Shown in pieces: positions 52,726-64,000 of a DNA stretch of 64,000 nucleotides (position 1 is its first letter; each line of letters starts with the position of its first letter). A model generated the notes under the pieces. The model was not told the origin of the DNA. It made no database searches and worked only from the letters and a program-made list of their open reading frames with translations. The stretch is from Girardia tigrina. Taxonomy: Eukaryota. The stretch spans positions 54,712 through 118,711 of the forward strand of contig MQRK01226361.1 of assembly GCA_001938485.1 (NCBI GenBank), given 5' to 3'. Position numbers and translations under genes: made by a program.

Positions 52726-53385
52726 GGAATGTTCTCTTATTATGTAACGCTTTAGGGGGAGGGGGAGTCAGATTTTTGTTACGAGGGATGCGAAAGGTTG
52801 TTACATAACAAATAAAATCTATATTGTATTATTGTTCTACATTTCATTCCGTCTTAAAAAAAAATCTTTCAATAAAATTCACTCTTTCAGAATATGTTAT
52901 GTTAAATTTATATGCGAATAAACAAAATTAAGAAATAAATGATATCAACTTTAGTGAACCAAAAATGCAAAACTATTCGTTTAAAGCCATTTCATTTCTT
53001 TAAAGGCAACTTTTAAAAAAAACGATTTTTTTAAAAATATGAATAGATCCGAATAAAAATTCGAAGACTCTAAAAAAATTTTGAATTAGAAAACAAAACT
53101 TTTTAATTTACTGGTGAAGCATTATTTGAAGTTCTTTCAAATGATTTTTATTTTATTTTTTCTTACGAAACCTTTGCTGAATTTATAGATAGCAATAGCT
53201 CTGAGTTTGAATCAACTAATTTAATTTACAAATCAGAAACTTGGATTGCTCAATATGTTCGATCAACTCAATACATGACACAAATTGTAAAATTTTTAGA
53301 CAAGAAATGCTATGGAATCATTCGGGGTAAATTTCATTAAATATCAAAAAATGACCTTTTTGTTATGTAATAAGCGAATGCTCCC
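52726..53385. mobile_element. PIF/Harbinger (Tourist-like) non-autonomous element
   Basis: Imperfect TIRs GGAATGTTCTCTTATTATGTAAC / GTTATGTAATAAGCGAATGCTCCC, TTA/TAA flanks, subterminal GGGGGAGGGGG. Confidence 0.6.
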
Positions 53386-53482
53386 TAAGTTAATTAAATT
53401 GTTTTTATCGATTTCTACGGTTTTAATGTTGTTATCAGGAGGCGCGTACGCAGAAAATTATTTCGGGGGATATAATATTAAG

Positions 53483-54175
53483 TAGGGATGTGCCGGAATC
53501 CGGTCATTTTTACAAATCCGGATCCGGCTCCGGCTATAATTTGGCCAGTTTTGTACCGGATTTTGTAATGGTATACAGATATACAAATAAGCAAAAAAAC
53601 AAATTTTAGAAAAAATGAAAAATTCAAGTACAATTAAGAAAAAACTGGAATTTTTAATTTTCTCTAAATTTTACTTCAATTTTTTGAGTCATAAGGCATA
53701 TCTACATATATATTTCCTAAATTTAGTCAACGTTAATAAAGAAATAAACAATTCAGGTACATAGATTAATTTTTTTTCCATAAACAATATTGTAATGCTG
53801 TCTTTTCAAAGAATAACAATTGAATTTAAAAATCATATATTGCATTTTGTCCAATATGACGACTGGAAATGCCAGTGTACTGCTGTTTTTTAATACTATT
53901 GAGAATGTTCATTCAACAAGTTCTACGTTGATTTCCTCCTCTAACACCACATCAACAAAGTCTCTTAAACCACCAACTAAGAAATCACGGGTAGAAAGCT
54001 CTACAGTTTTGGACTGTATTGATAAGATCGTCTAGTCAACACCCACTGAGCAACAGCACATATCTGCAGGCATCGAGTGAGAATTATGCCAGTACCTGTC
54101 TGAACCCTTGGTCTCACGGATAGAAGATCCACTGAAATGGTGGAAATATAAAAATGAGAGATTTCCTAGTGGACA
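53483..54175 (+). mobile_element. hAT (Ac/ZBED-like) fragment
   Basis: TAGGGATG terminus with TCCGG subterminal repeats; dimerization-domain relic ELCQYLSEP..EDPLKWWK..NERFP. Confidence 0.75.
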
Positions 54176-54669
54176 AGCATTTTCTTTCACTTTTTCGGTA
54201 AATATCCACAAATTTGAGTGACAGGAGTTTCAAATTTCTATGGCATATAAGTCACTACAATGTCTATCTCTGTAAGAAGATATGGCTTACTCAGTTACAT
54301 TAAGTTTATTTTACGAGGGACTTTATAAAAATGTAAAAAATCACTTTTCACCATTCCCATTTTTTTACTTGATTTCCTCTGAATGCCAAACAGCTCGCAA
54401 CTTCGTTATCTATTCTTCCTTTAAATGGAGCGTTGATGCATGAACGATAAGATTTTTGTTGTAATTTTTTTGGTAAATACAAAATGCAATCAGTTTATCA
54501 AGGACATGATGTGCAATCGAAAACATGATATGAATGTCCAATACTAAAAAGTTCAACATATGCTTGTGTCTCTGATCATGATTTAATGTTTTTTATATTT
54601 GAATAAATACAAAATCATTAATGGTTTTATATTTGAAGATAGCCGGTACTAATTAGAAAACGAAAACTA

Positions 54670-54778
54670 TTGGGTTGGCCAAAAAGTCATTGCGTTTTTG
54701 AGTACGTCCTAATAAAAAACTTGAAAATATAAAACGATGTGATAAAATTTAAATTCAATTATATATTCTGAAACCTTA
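54670..54778 (+). mobile_element. Solo 5' end of the mellifera mariner at 45168-46373
   Basis: ~110 bp almost identical to the reverse complement of 46266-46373; TA-flanked. Confidence 0.9.
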
Positions 54779-57673
54779 TGAATCTTACATTATTTAGTCA
54801 AATTTTCATAATTTTATATTTTTGTTACCATTATCGAATTAAAAATTTTATAAATTTTCTACATTTTAAATTATAAATTTAATTTGATTCCTTCAAAATT
54901 TTTCAAACATTTCAGAATTCCTAACAGTACTATAAATTTACTGTATTGTAAATGCACGAAACATATCAGTCGAAAGACGTATAGATATTTTGAATCCGAT
55001 CGTAAATATTGATGTATCAGTGTCTCACCGGTACTGCTGACAAAAGCGATCAGGGAGTGTTTGCGAACGTGATTTTGACTTTTTGGTTGGATAATATAAC
55101 AGATAAATGGTTATTCAACTGTTCCTTTTCCCGTTCCACTAATTACGCTTATACAGCCAAAGCCTTACAAAACTAAGGTACAAGGGATAATGATTGGTTA
55201 TTTTTTAAAGGCCCGAAAACGTGCCCGTGAATGGAAAACTCGCACTCTTGTATCCAAAGTCATGTGAGAGGACCAGAAGCTATTGTATTTCTTGAGACTT
55301 CCAAAAGAAAAACAGAGTCTATGATTCACTATTCTGTGCGTCAATGCTGTATATAGTAGTTTAATATGTATACACAGTTATCCGTCACCGTCGGGAAAGG
55401 CTTAATAATTAATCGAAGAGTGAAAGTTTACATTAGTAAAGCACTTTGAGACTGTACTGTCTTAAATAAAATTTCTTTAACAACGATTTAGATATCTACA
55501 TAATGACATATAAAACAGTTAGAGCTTTAGTAAAATTAGGTTTTGTTTACACTGCCATTTTTATCAGATCAGACTGAACAATCAATTTGCGGTAGTGAGC
55601 TTTCATTGTATGAATATGAAATTTCATTCCATAATTATGAAATCGAACAATAAATGATGTATTTCAGGCAAAAATGAAACTTTGACCTTTGAAAGAATTA
55701 ATAGATCTATGGGTTGAAAAGGAGCGTAGTCCATGAAAATAAGAATTTGACGATTGGTTGCAACTATTAACCAAAAATATTTGATTTTATTATTATTATA
55801 GTACTATTTTTTAGTCTTTTATTTTAAATAATTTGTAACAATTTAGGAACGATATAGGAAAATATCGAAATATGTCCTACGATCATATTTTCAAAAATGC
55901 TTTAATTAAGATAATTATCAATATTATATATGTATAGTTTGTATATTACTATTTTAATATAATCAGTAAAGTAATAATTGTTAAAATAATAATTGTCAAA
56001 GTAATAATTGACAATTGAGATTCTATTTTATAAATAAATATAAAAAATATTATCGGAAAAATAACGTCCTAAATACTTTTGAACTAATTTTAAATGTTGG
56101 TAACACGTTAACTTTAATATTTAGAAAAAAATAAAAATATAATATACCATTTTTTGTTGAAATTGGACAAAATTTTGTAATATACTTTTTTGGTATTCGA
56201 GCTAAATTGGATAATAATATTAACATTAATTTGCCTGAAATGATTATGAATGAAGCTAGTCAAATAACAGAAAGTGACTGTTTGGGATACTTTAGATATA
56301 TGGCCAGAAATATTACAAATTCGGCAGCTGGAACACCTTATGTTCATAAATAAATTATTAATTGCAATTTTCTTTCTTTAAAAAAGGTATATTAAATAAT
56401 TTTATCTAATTTGAAAAAAATTTGTTTAATTTGAACGAAAAATGGTTTAATACAAAATAACATTTTCATAGCTAGAATGAATATTTAAATTAAATAACGT
56501 ATATTTAATATTTTTATGCTCTGAATTTCGCAACATTTGACATTGAAAAATAATCAAAGTTACTTTATTAGTCGCACAGCATTTGTTTAAATTTTATTTC
56601 TTCTTATGTCTTTGTATAATTGATGAATGGTTCTCAAGAATGTTCATAGAAATTTACAATTTATGTTATCTAAATTCAAAATTAGTTGTAAATCTTTTAT
56701 TATAATTCCCAAAAATTATAATCGATCTTCCTATAATTTTATAAATCTATTTTATTATTCAAGGATTTTTTTTACTAATATTTAAACTATATTTCATTAT
56801 TAATCATAACAAATTGTGGCTTATTTCTTTTCAAGATATAAAGAAATTAATTAAATTAATTGAATTCATTCCATTAATACATTTTTTTCAAAAAACCTTA
56901 TTTAATTTATTTTGTTACAATTTGATTAATATATCATAACAGGGTCCCCCAAAATAAAACCTAATTGATAAAACGATTGCTACATCTCCAGGTTTGTATG
57001 AAAATAATTTAACCGATTTCAGTTATATTATGGAACATATAATTCTGTGTTAAGGTTATTGACAATGTTATGTTACCTTTGCAAATTTGAAAATAAAATA
57101 AAATTTACCGGACAATAAATATTTAAAAATAAACTAGTTCTTATTTTTTAAAAAGTATATATATTAATCTTATTTCAGTGAAATCTGAAAAACTAAACTA
57201 ATTTAGAGACTGTAAGAAAAATATTATTTATAATGTCATATTTAAATGATCATTATTCTGATAAATTATACGATTAAATATAATTATGTTACTTATTTCT
57301 AAAAACGTTTAAAAAATAAATTTACTAAAAAGTCGCTTAAAAAGAATGCGTCAATATATTTACCAAAAAAATGTTTGTTGACTTGAGTAAAATTAAAATT
57401 ACAATAAAATAAAAGATTAGGTGAATTTTCTAAACTCGTATATTGAATGTTTAATGAATCTGAAGATGTAGAAATGAAGAAATAGATATTGTAAACAGTG
57501 ATTAGATTGTTTTAGTCAATACAGCTATAGAGTATTTCATAGAAATGTTCCAATAAAAATAAAGGCGTAAATAAAGCCTTTGAATTTGAATAATTTACAA
57601 CCAATGAAAAAAACTAATAAATTTATTTGTGAATTATCTGAAACTAATTGTAATGACTACACCGTAAAAAGTG

Positions 57674-57888
57674 CCGTATTTTCACGCATATAACCCGCGG
57701 GTCATTACTGGTTTTATCTACCTCCCATGCTACTCGCAGTGCATAAAAGTAGGTGGTGTACCCTGAAAATAATTTACACTATAGCAACTAACATTTCAAG
57801 ATGATAAACAGTGGATAATGTGATTTTACATACTCCAAATGCCTCTGGCGAGGAAAAAATTATGCGGGTTATATGCATGAAAATACGG
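57674..57888. mobile_element. pogo-type MITE
   Basis: CCGTATTTTCACGCATATAACCCGC / GCGGGTTATATGCATGAAAATACGG TIRs; TA on the right. Confidence 0.85.
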
Positions 57889-58699
57889 TACTTCATTAAA
57901 TATTACACACAAGAAATGGAGCATGTTGAATAAATATTTTGATTGAGTCGAAAAAGCATTCCGATGATTATTTATTGAAATTCTAGTCTTGCTTATGTCG
58001 TAAGTTGAAAAGTTCGTTCTCCATCAGTAAATTTAATGTTGCTCTAATTTGCGGCACAATTCATCATTCATCAAACCACTGCGGTAACAGATCATTAGCA
58101 TGACTGTAGCTGGAATCTCCCACTGAGCCAAATTGTTCCCGATAACATAACAGATAAACTATACTTTATCATTGCTGGATGCAATTGTTATGGAATTGTT
58201 TATCTGATTGACGCCACATCCAGACACCTGGTAAGAATCGTTGAAATTAATTGCATAAATTGATGATAACATGTATCCATAGTTGTGAAGACTTATATCG
58301 CATCTCTTTCGTCCAGAGGAAACAATTTTACAATATTCGTTTCTCAGCTCTCCTGTTGTTACCAATTATTTGAAAATACAAGCGCAATGAAGTCACAGAA
58401 TGATCTCTATTGATTTATATAGCTGTTGTATGATTATCATATTTCACGTTTCGACTAATAGTTCGAAAGTTGGGCCCAAAAAACTTAGGTAGTCCACTTC
58501 GAGAGCATACACAAGTTTTACTTTTACCTCGGAATCGACACACGATATTGTTCACTGTTAATTGTATGCTTCACATTGACCAATAATTCGACCACGGAAA
58601 AATTCTGGAACACTCTTAAGCGCTTGAATTACGTGAAATGATAATCAGAACAATGAATTTCAAAAGTAAAAACTAAATTATCGCATCTTCGTTTGCCAA

Positions 58700-59750
58700 G
58701 TTGTCGCCAAGAACAGAAGCGTCTTCTATTTAGTCAGGAATGATGTCCACCTCTTTAAATCCTTTCCGGACAGTATTGTGAGAGATTTTGTTCTATGCAT
58801 GGTTGATGACGCATACGACCAGACGGTTTAAAAGTATGAATCCTAGATTGCATTCAATTATCTCATTCAGTGCGAAGTTTTAAACGGATGATTTACTGCA
58901 ATATTAAGTGGATGAAGTTTTGAAGTTAAACCATAAGGTATAACTGAAACATGGACCCCAAGCCTGTTCAATTTCTTTTTAACGTTTTCGAACTTAAGTA
59001 CTGCCATATTGTCAAATATTACCAATGAATTTTTTGAGAAGAATCCGCTAGGTCAGTTTCGAAAAAATTAATCCTTAACAGCAATCCAACTTTTTTAGGT
59101 TGCTGTGTCAAAAATACCAGGTTGAAATTTTTCACGGGAAAAGTGATTCGTTTAATATTTAAACTTTAAATATTAACATTCGTTTATGTTTTATTCTGTT
59201 TGCAATACATACCAGAACCATAGTAATGTATGTTCGCTAATTACTGGTAGTCGACATGACCGCCGTTTATCTCCTTTATCAGCGACTGACCTCGAAGCAG
59301 CAATGCCAAATGTCATCGGATTGTCATCCATATTAATTAGTTTAGAAGGTAAAATTATGTGTTCCCTTATGTTCTCAATAGTGACATCTCAAAAATTAAC
59401 AAAAAATTACTTCCAATCATTCGATAAACGCTTACCAAATGTTGTACTCGCACGCACGGATAAATTACTTTATTTTTTATAGATTTGCTCACCTAAGATA
59501 AACTACATTTAAAATCGAAAATTTTCGTTCAACAACAATAAGCTTAGCCTTAATTTGGATGATCACTGTAGAAATGCTTCGGTTATTGTTCATGTTTAAA
59601 TCCCAGTTCTTAACATCTTCCCCTAAATGGCACCATTTTTCTTAAATATCTCATCTAGTGTGTTTTCTAGGATTCATTTTCGCTAATTGTTTTTAGATTC
59701 TCTGATTGAATGCTTTTCAACTGCATATTTTCAGCCGAATGATCTATTGT
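58700..59750 (-). mobile_element. Degenerate pogo/Tigger transposase
   Basis: Relics LINMDDNPMTF, LVIFDN and IPYGLTSKLHPLNIAV (compare IPGGLTSKLQPLDV). Confidence 0.65.
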
Positions 59751-60907
59751 TGTTATTCAACACGTGTTATTACGTGGGAGCTGACCAATTGGTCTAAAAC
59801 AAAACAATCGACATAACAATAAGTGAAATTAAAATTGTAAAAATCAGACAAAGAATAGACTGTATTAATATTTCACGGAGAAAATCTAAATTTTGTACGT
59901 CAGTCATTTCATCATCCCAAGTCTGTATAACTGCTTTTAGTCTCTGCACAATCAACATATTTTTCTCCTTGCTGGTTGCAGTCCACTAACAAATTGTTCA
60001 CTTTTTAGTTCGTTTAGTGATTGTTCATTTTTTATTGCAGTGATAAACTTCCAATATATTTGAATGATTATCGGATACTTGGTAAAGAAAGTCACGATGT
60101 CATGCCCCAAAAACACTCCTTCCAAAACACTTCGATGGCAGTTTCAAATCTTGATCTCGAAATTGGGAAACCGTTATCCTTTTTGCGTAATTTTAGACAA
60201 ATTTCTTGTTAGGTTAATTTACTTGTTTAGACAAATTGACCTAAAGCCCTATTACATGATGTTTGAATTCGGCTGTCTATGATTTTCGATCAGACAATTT
60301 AAAAATAAATAAAAAGTTTGATTAAATAAAAGGTTTAAAAAAGGTTTTTTTACAAATTAATTAGATTTTTATATAAATGGAATAAATTAATTTTAGGTGT
60401 AATATATTTTATAAATACATTTTAAAATAATTTTTAGGTTAAATAGTTGTTACAAATTAATTAAATTTTTATATAAAGGGCATGAATTAATTGATGTGTA
60501 ATATATTTGATATTGTACTTCTGCTAATACTCTTTGCGAAATTGTTTTGTAATCATTCAACCTGTGTAACATTATTTTCCTTTGCATCATTTATTAACTT
60601 AAGTTTCTCATTATTTGTCAAAGAAACGTGTTTTTTAACGGTCAAACGATTTTTCGATTGTGATACAATTAATTCTCAGAAACCTCGGACCATCCTGTAA
60701 TTTGACATGTATTTGAGATATAAATACTGTTTTGCAAAATATTTTTGACTGAAACAACCGGTTCTTTAAGTTTTACAAATTATTTATGTTTAACCATCAA
60801 AGTTGAATTTTGTATTTAAGTCATTTGATTTGTTAAAATATTTCATATTGAGTGTTGGGATATTAGTTTTCCTAAACTGAAAACTAAATTAATAACAATA
60901 AATTAAG

Positions 60908-61576
60908 GGTCTACGACAAAACAGCGCGAACAAAAAAGGCTTAAATTAACCGAAAAATTATAGAAATTTTAAATGGAGCACAATCTTTTTTGTAGATAGG
61001 ATGTTAATATTTTGTTTTTTAAGAAAATATTTTAAAAGTCAAAATATTTTTAAATAATAAAAATTAATATAAAAATATTATTTTTGGAATTTTTTATAAT
61101 AATATGGAAAAATATTTAGTGTTTATTTAATTTACTACTATTTTTAAAATTTTAGTATTAATTTATAACATTAAAAAAATAAAAATAAAGATAAAATAAA
61201 GACAATAATTTATTTATAATTTAAAAATATTAAAAATCAGATTAAATTATAATAAATTATTCCATTTTTTCAATTATTTTTACGAAATAATGTTAATTAA
61301 AAAATATTAATAATTATAAAATTTTTTGAAAACACTAAAAACTGAAAGAAATTTTTATTACAATTACATGATTATATTACACAGATTGTAAATGAAATAA
61401 GTGTGCTATACCTCTTAAATAATCCACCATATTTCTCTCTCCATAGCCTTGCACAATTTTTAATAATCTACTCCCGGCATCTTTATAATTTTTCCTTCCC
61501 TGGCTCGCTTCCATACCTGAAATTGCTTGTTCAAACTTTATTTCATTTTATGTTCGCGGCGTTTTGTTGTGATACC
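60908..61576 (-). mobile_element. MULE non-autonomous deletion derivative
   Basis: Exact 9-bp TSD TAAATTAAG (60899-60907 and 61577-61585); ~26-bp imperfect TIRs; C-terminal relic RLLKIVQGY..DYLRG. Confidence 0.85.
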
Positions 61577-61599
61577 TAAATTAAGCATGCTGTTTTTTC

Positions 61600-61741
61600 C
61601 AAGGCAGTGGAGTTTGAGTGTAAGGATTTAGTGGAAGTCGGAGTCGTGAAACTCCACTCCAACCAAATTAATAACAAATATTATAAATTGACCTAAAAAG
61701 GAGTCGAAGTCGGGCAATTTTAGTCCGACTCAGCAGTGCTG
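61600..61741. mobile_element. Degenerate hAT-type MITE with GGAGTC repeats
   Basis: Repeated GGAGTC/GAAGTC hexamers ending CCGACTCAGCAGTGCTG. Confidence 0.45.
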
Positions 61742-61986
61742 GTTTTTTCAATAGTAAAAACAAGTTTTACAGGAAGTTTGTTTTCAAGACAAATTATAAA
61801 ATTGTGAAATTATAAAAATGCTATCTTAATACTTTGACCTTATTGGTTTTGTCACTTTGTCTGTGAAATAACACAGTTTATGAAATTATAGTGTTGACTG
61901 TACGAACTACGATTCTATTGATAATGAAAGTGGCATAAACGCCACTAACAAAAGGGAATGCTTTTTTCATTTTCATAAACATTTAA

Positions 61987-62217
61987 CCCTTTCCAGCCCA
62001 TTGTTGCCATATGGCAACATATTTGAAAAATTAAATTACAGTTATCTCTTTTACCCAATTTAAATTTTACACAGTAATAGTTTCTAAAAAGTCTCATAGA
62101 TGACACTACATATATTTGAATGCAAAAAAGCGCGATTCTCACTTGTTTCTTAGCAATTTAAGTCAACATTGTAACGGATATTCAATGCTCCGAAATAATA
62201 ATTTGGGCTGGAAAGGG
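61987..62217. mobile_element. piggyBac-type MITE
   Basis: TTAA TSD on both sides; perfect 14-bp TIR CCCTTTCCAGCCCA. Confidence 0.92.
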
Positions 62218-63338
62218 TTAAAAAACAAAAGAATCAAAAAAGAATGACTAAAAAAATTGAATTAAATTAAAAATATTAAATAAAAAAATCAAAAAAGAAA
62301 TTATGAGGGGTTAATTTAAATTTTTATCTCGCCTGAATAATTTATTATTTTTTTAATTTAAAAGGTAAAATATTTTAATGTTATTATGATTGTTCAATAT
62401 TTTTTGATATAATAAAAAAAACTATTAAAAAATCAAAAACGTTTTTAAAAATAAAATATTTTTTAATGTGTTTTTAAATATTTTAAAAAAATATATATAA
62501 ATATTTTTTAATAAAAAGAAAATCATTAAAAAAATTAAATATCTATTTAAAAATAAAAAATATCTTTTAATGTATCTATTAAATATCTTAAAATTAAAAA
62601 GATAAGAAAACAAAAATATTAAATATTTATTTATAAATAAAAATATTTTTAATGAGCAATTTTAAATAAATTTTAAATATTTTTTGAACTAAATTTTCGA
62701 AATAAATTTTCAGGATTTTAAAAATTGAATCGAAAAGAATTTAATAGATTAATTTGGGTCGAGATAATTAAATTAACAGAAAATTTGTTTTAAATATGTG
62801 AATTGTTATATAAATAAATTTTGGTGTTAAAAAAATGAACTCGAATATCGACGTTGCAACCACTTCTCACAGAAAATTTTTTTTTCATTTTCACAAAAAA
62901 ATAAATTATATCAAATTAAAAAAATATTTTCAAATAAAATATTGTTTTATTTTCATAAAATAATTAAATTAAAAAAAATAATTAAAAAATATTTTAAAAA
63001 AAAATTAAATAAAACAAAATAAAAATAAAATAATTTTTTATTTTCATAAAAAAAATTAATTGAATTAAAAAAGATTAAAAAATAAATTAAAATAAGAATT
63101 ATTTAAAAATAAATTAAATTTTCATTTTCAGAAAACATTAAATTAATACAAAAAAAATAATTAAAAAATTAAAAAAAATAATTATTTAAAAATAAATTAA
63201 TTTTCACCCAAAAATTAAATTAAAAAAATTAATTAATTTATTTTCATTTTCATTAAAAAAATCAAAAAAGAATCACTTAAAATTAAATTATAAATAAACA
63301 AAAAGCATGATACGTAAGCGCGCAACAATCAATCGAAC

Positions 63339-63557
63339 CTTCTCGTATTTGCCGCACGACTGATCGGACGCCTTCAACCACCGCTTGACGTAGAGCACGC
63401 ACGCGTTGCAGATATCTCCCGAGCGCCCCTCACCACGCGGACCGAAACATTTCGAAAAATACTGACAAAATCGATAACTGTTCGAGAATCGACTGCTCGA
63501 CGATTTCGTGGCGCAAATGCAACAACCAGACGCACTGCGAAATTGAGATCGAGACAT
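63339..63557 (-). CDS. SINHCAF: SINHCAF/FAM60-like coding exon 1 (Cys-rich FAM60 N-terminal domain)
   Basis: FRSASGCCICATKSSSSRFSNS..F.KCFG..RSGDICNACVLYVKRW matches FAM60A YRSIEGCCICRAKSSSSRFTDS..CFG..RSGDICNACVLLVKRW. Phase-0 donor AAG|GTTCGA at 63338. Confidence 0.93.
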
Positions 63558-63699
63558 TTTCTAACGATTCGATTTTCACTGATTTTTGTGAGTGTTTCGT
63601 TAAGAAAAAAAGATGACAAAATTTTTTGGAATCTAAAAACAAGAAGAAAAACAAAATAAAAAAAAAGAAATTCAAAAACGAGAAAAATTCAATAATAAA

Positions 63700-63950
63700 T
63701 CATTAATAATCGATATTTAAGTTGCCGTAATAGTTAAAGAAAACGAAACGAAATACATTCGATATTAAATAAATAATTTTAGTTACAATCAATCGTTTTA
63801 TCGATCGATAATTATAAAACGAGAAAGTGTAAATCTATCGTTTATTACTGATGAAAATCGATATCGATAATCGATTGGGGGTTTGTTTTAGTCGGGTTAG
63901 CGGATGGAATCGTTTGCCGGGTTCGTTATCGATCGAGAACCGATATAAAT
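63700..63950 (-). promoter_or_regulatory. Putative promoter/5' region of the SINHCAF-like gene with clustered DRE-like motifs
   Basis: TATCGATA at 63862-63869, TATCGATCGATA at 63799-63810, TATCGATCGA at 63927-63936 and further ATCGAT, all 150-400 bp upstream of the ATG. Confidence 0.5.
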
Positions 63951-64000
63951 ACAGACAAAGCAATATCACAAAGGATATTTAGCAGTCAGTATATATTTAA

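Noticed and set aside
63288-63338. C-terminal tail of ORF 63288-63557 (VRLIVARLRIMLFVYL)
   Set aside because: Read-through into intron 1; FAM60 homology continues in exon 2 instead.
63374-63675. Overlapping alternative-frame ORFs
   Set aside because: Shadow frames of the GC-rich exon with non-ATG or unsupported starts.

Overview
Eukaryotic, very AT-rich genomic DNA with several N gaps. The ~50-nt GT-AG introns, very long TE-filled introns and abundant mariners suggest an invertebrate such as a planarian flatworm (inference only). One host gene is recognisable: a minus-strand SINHCAF/FAM60 homologue (SIN3-HDAC complex factor). It assembles from three phase-compatible exons (63557-63339, 47654-47119, 29920-29728; 315 aa) separated by introns of ~15.7 and ~17.2 kb, with a cluster of DRE-like ATCGAT motifs upstream. 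The 3' end of an unidentified spliced plus-strand unit lies at 1-550. Most of the rest is decayed mobile DNA: Tc1/mariner lineages (maT-like, rosa DD41D, mariner DD34D, Gambol/IS630-like DD34E, pogo), hAT/hATm, Chapaev3, MULE, PIF/Harbinger and piggyBac MITEs, a foldback-like element and Penelope-like retroelement remnants. Most notable: a minimal type I hammerhead ribozyme; a maT-like transposase with DD45D spacing; recurrent local inverted duplications, two of them inside (TA)n tracts and one preserving the empty site of a MITE; two GATTGG..CCAATC-centred palindromes; and a FAM60 model lacking the family's C-terminal motif. I found no prokaryotic features, CRISPR, rRNA or tRNA, and no clearly new multi-gene system.
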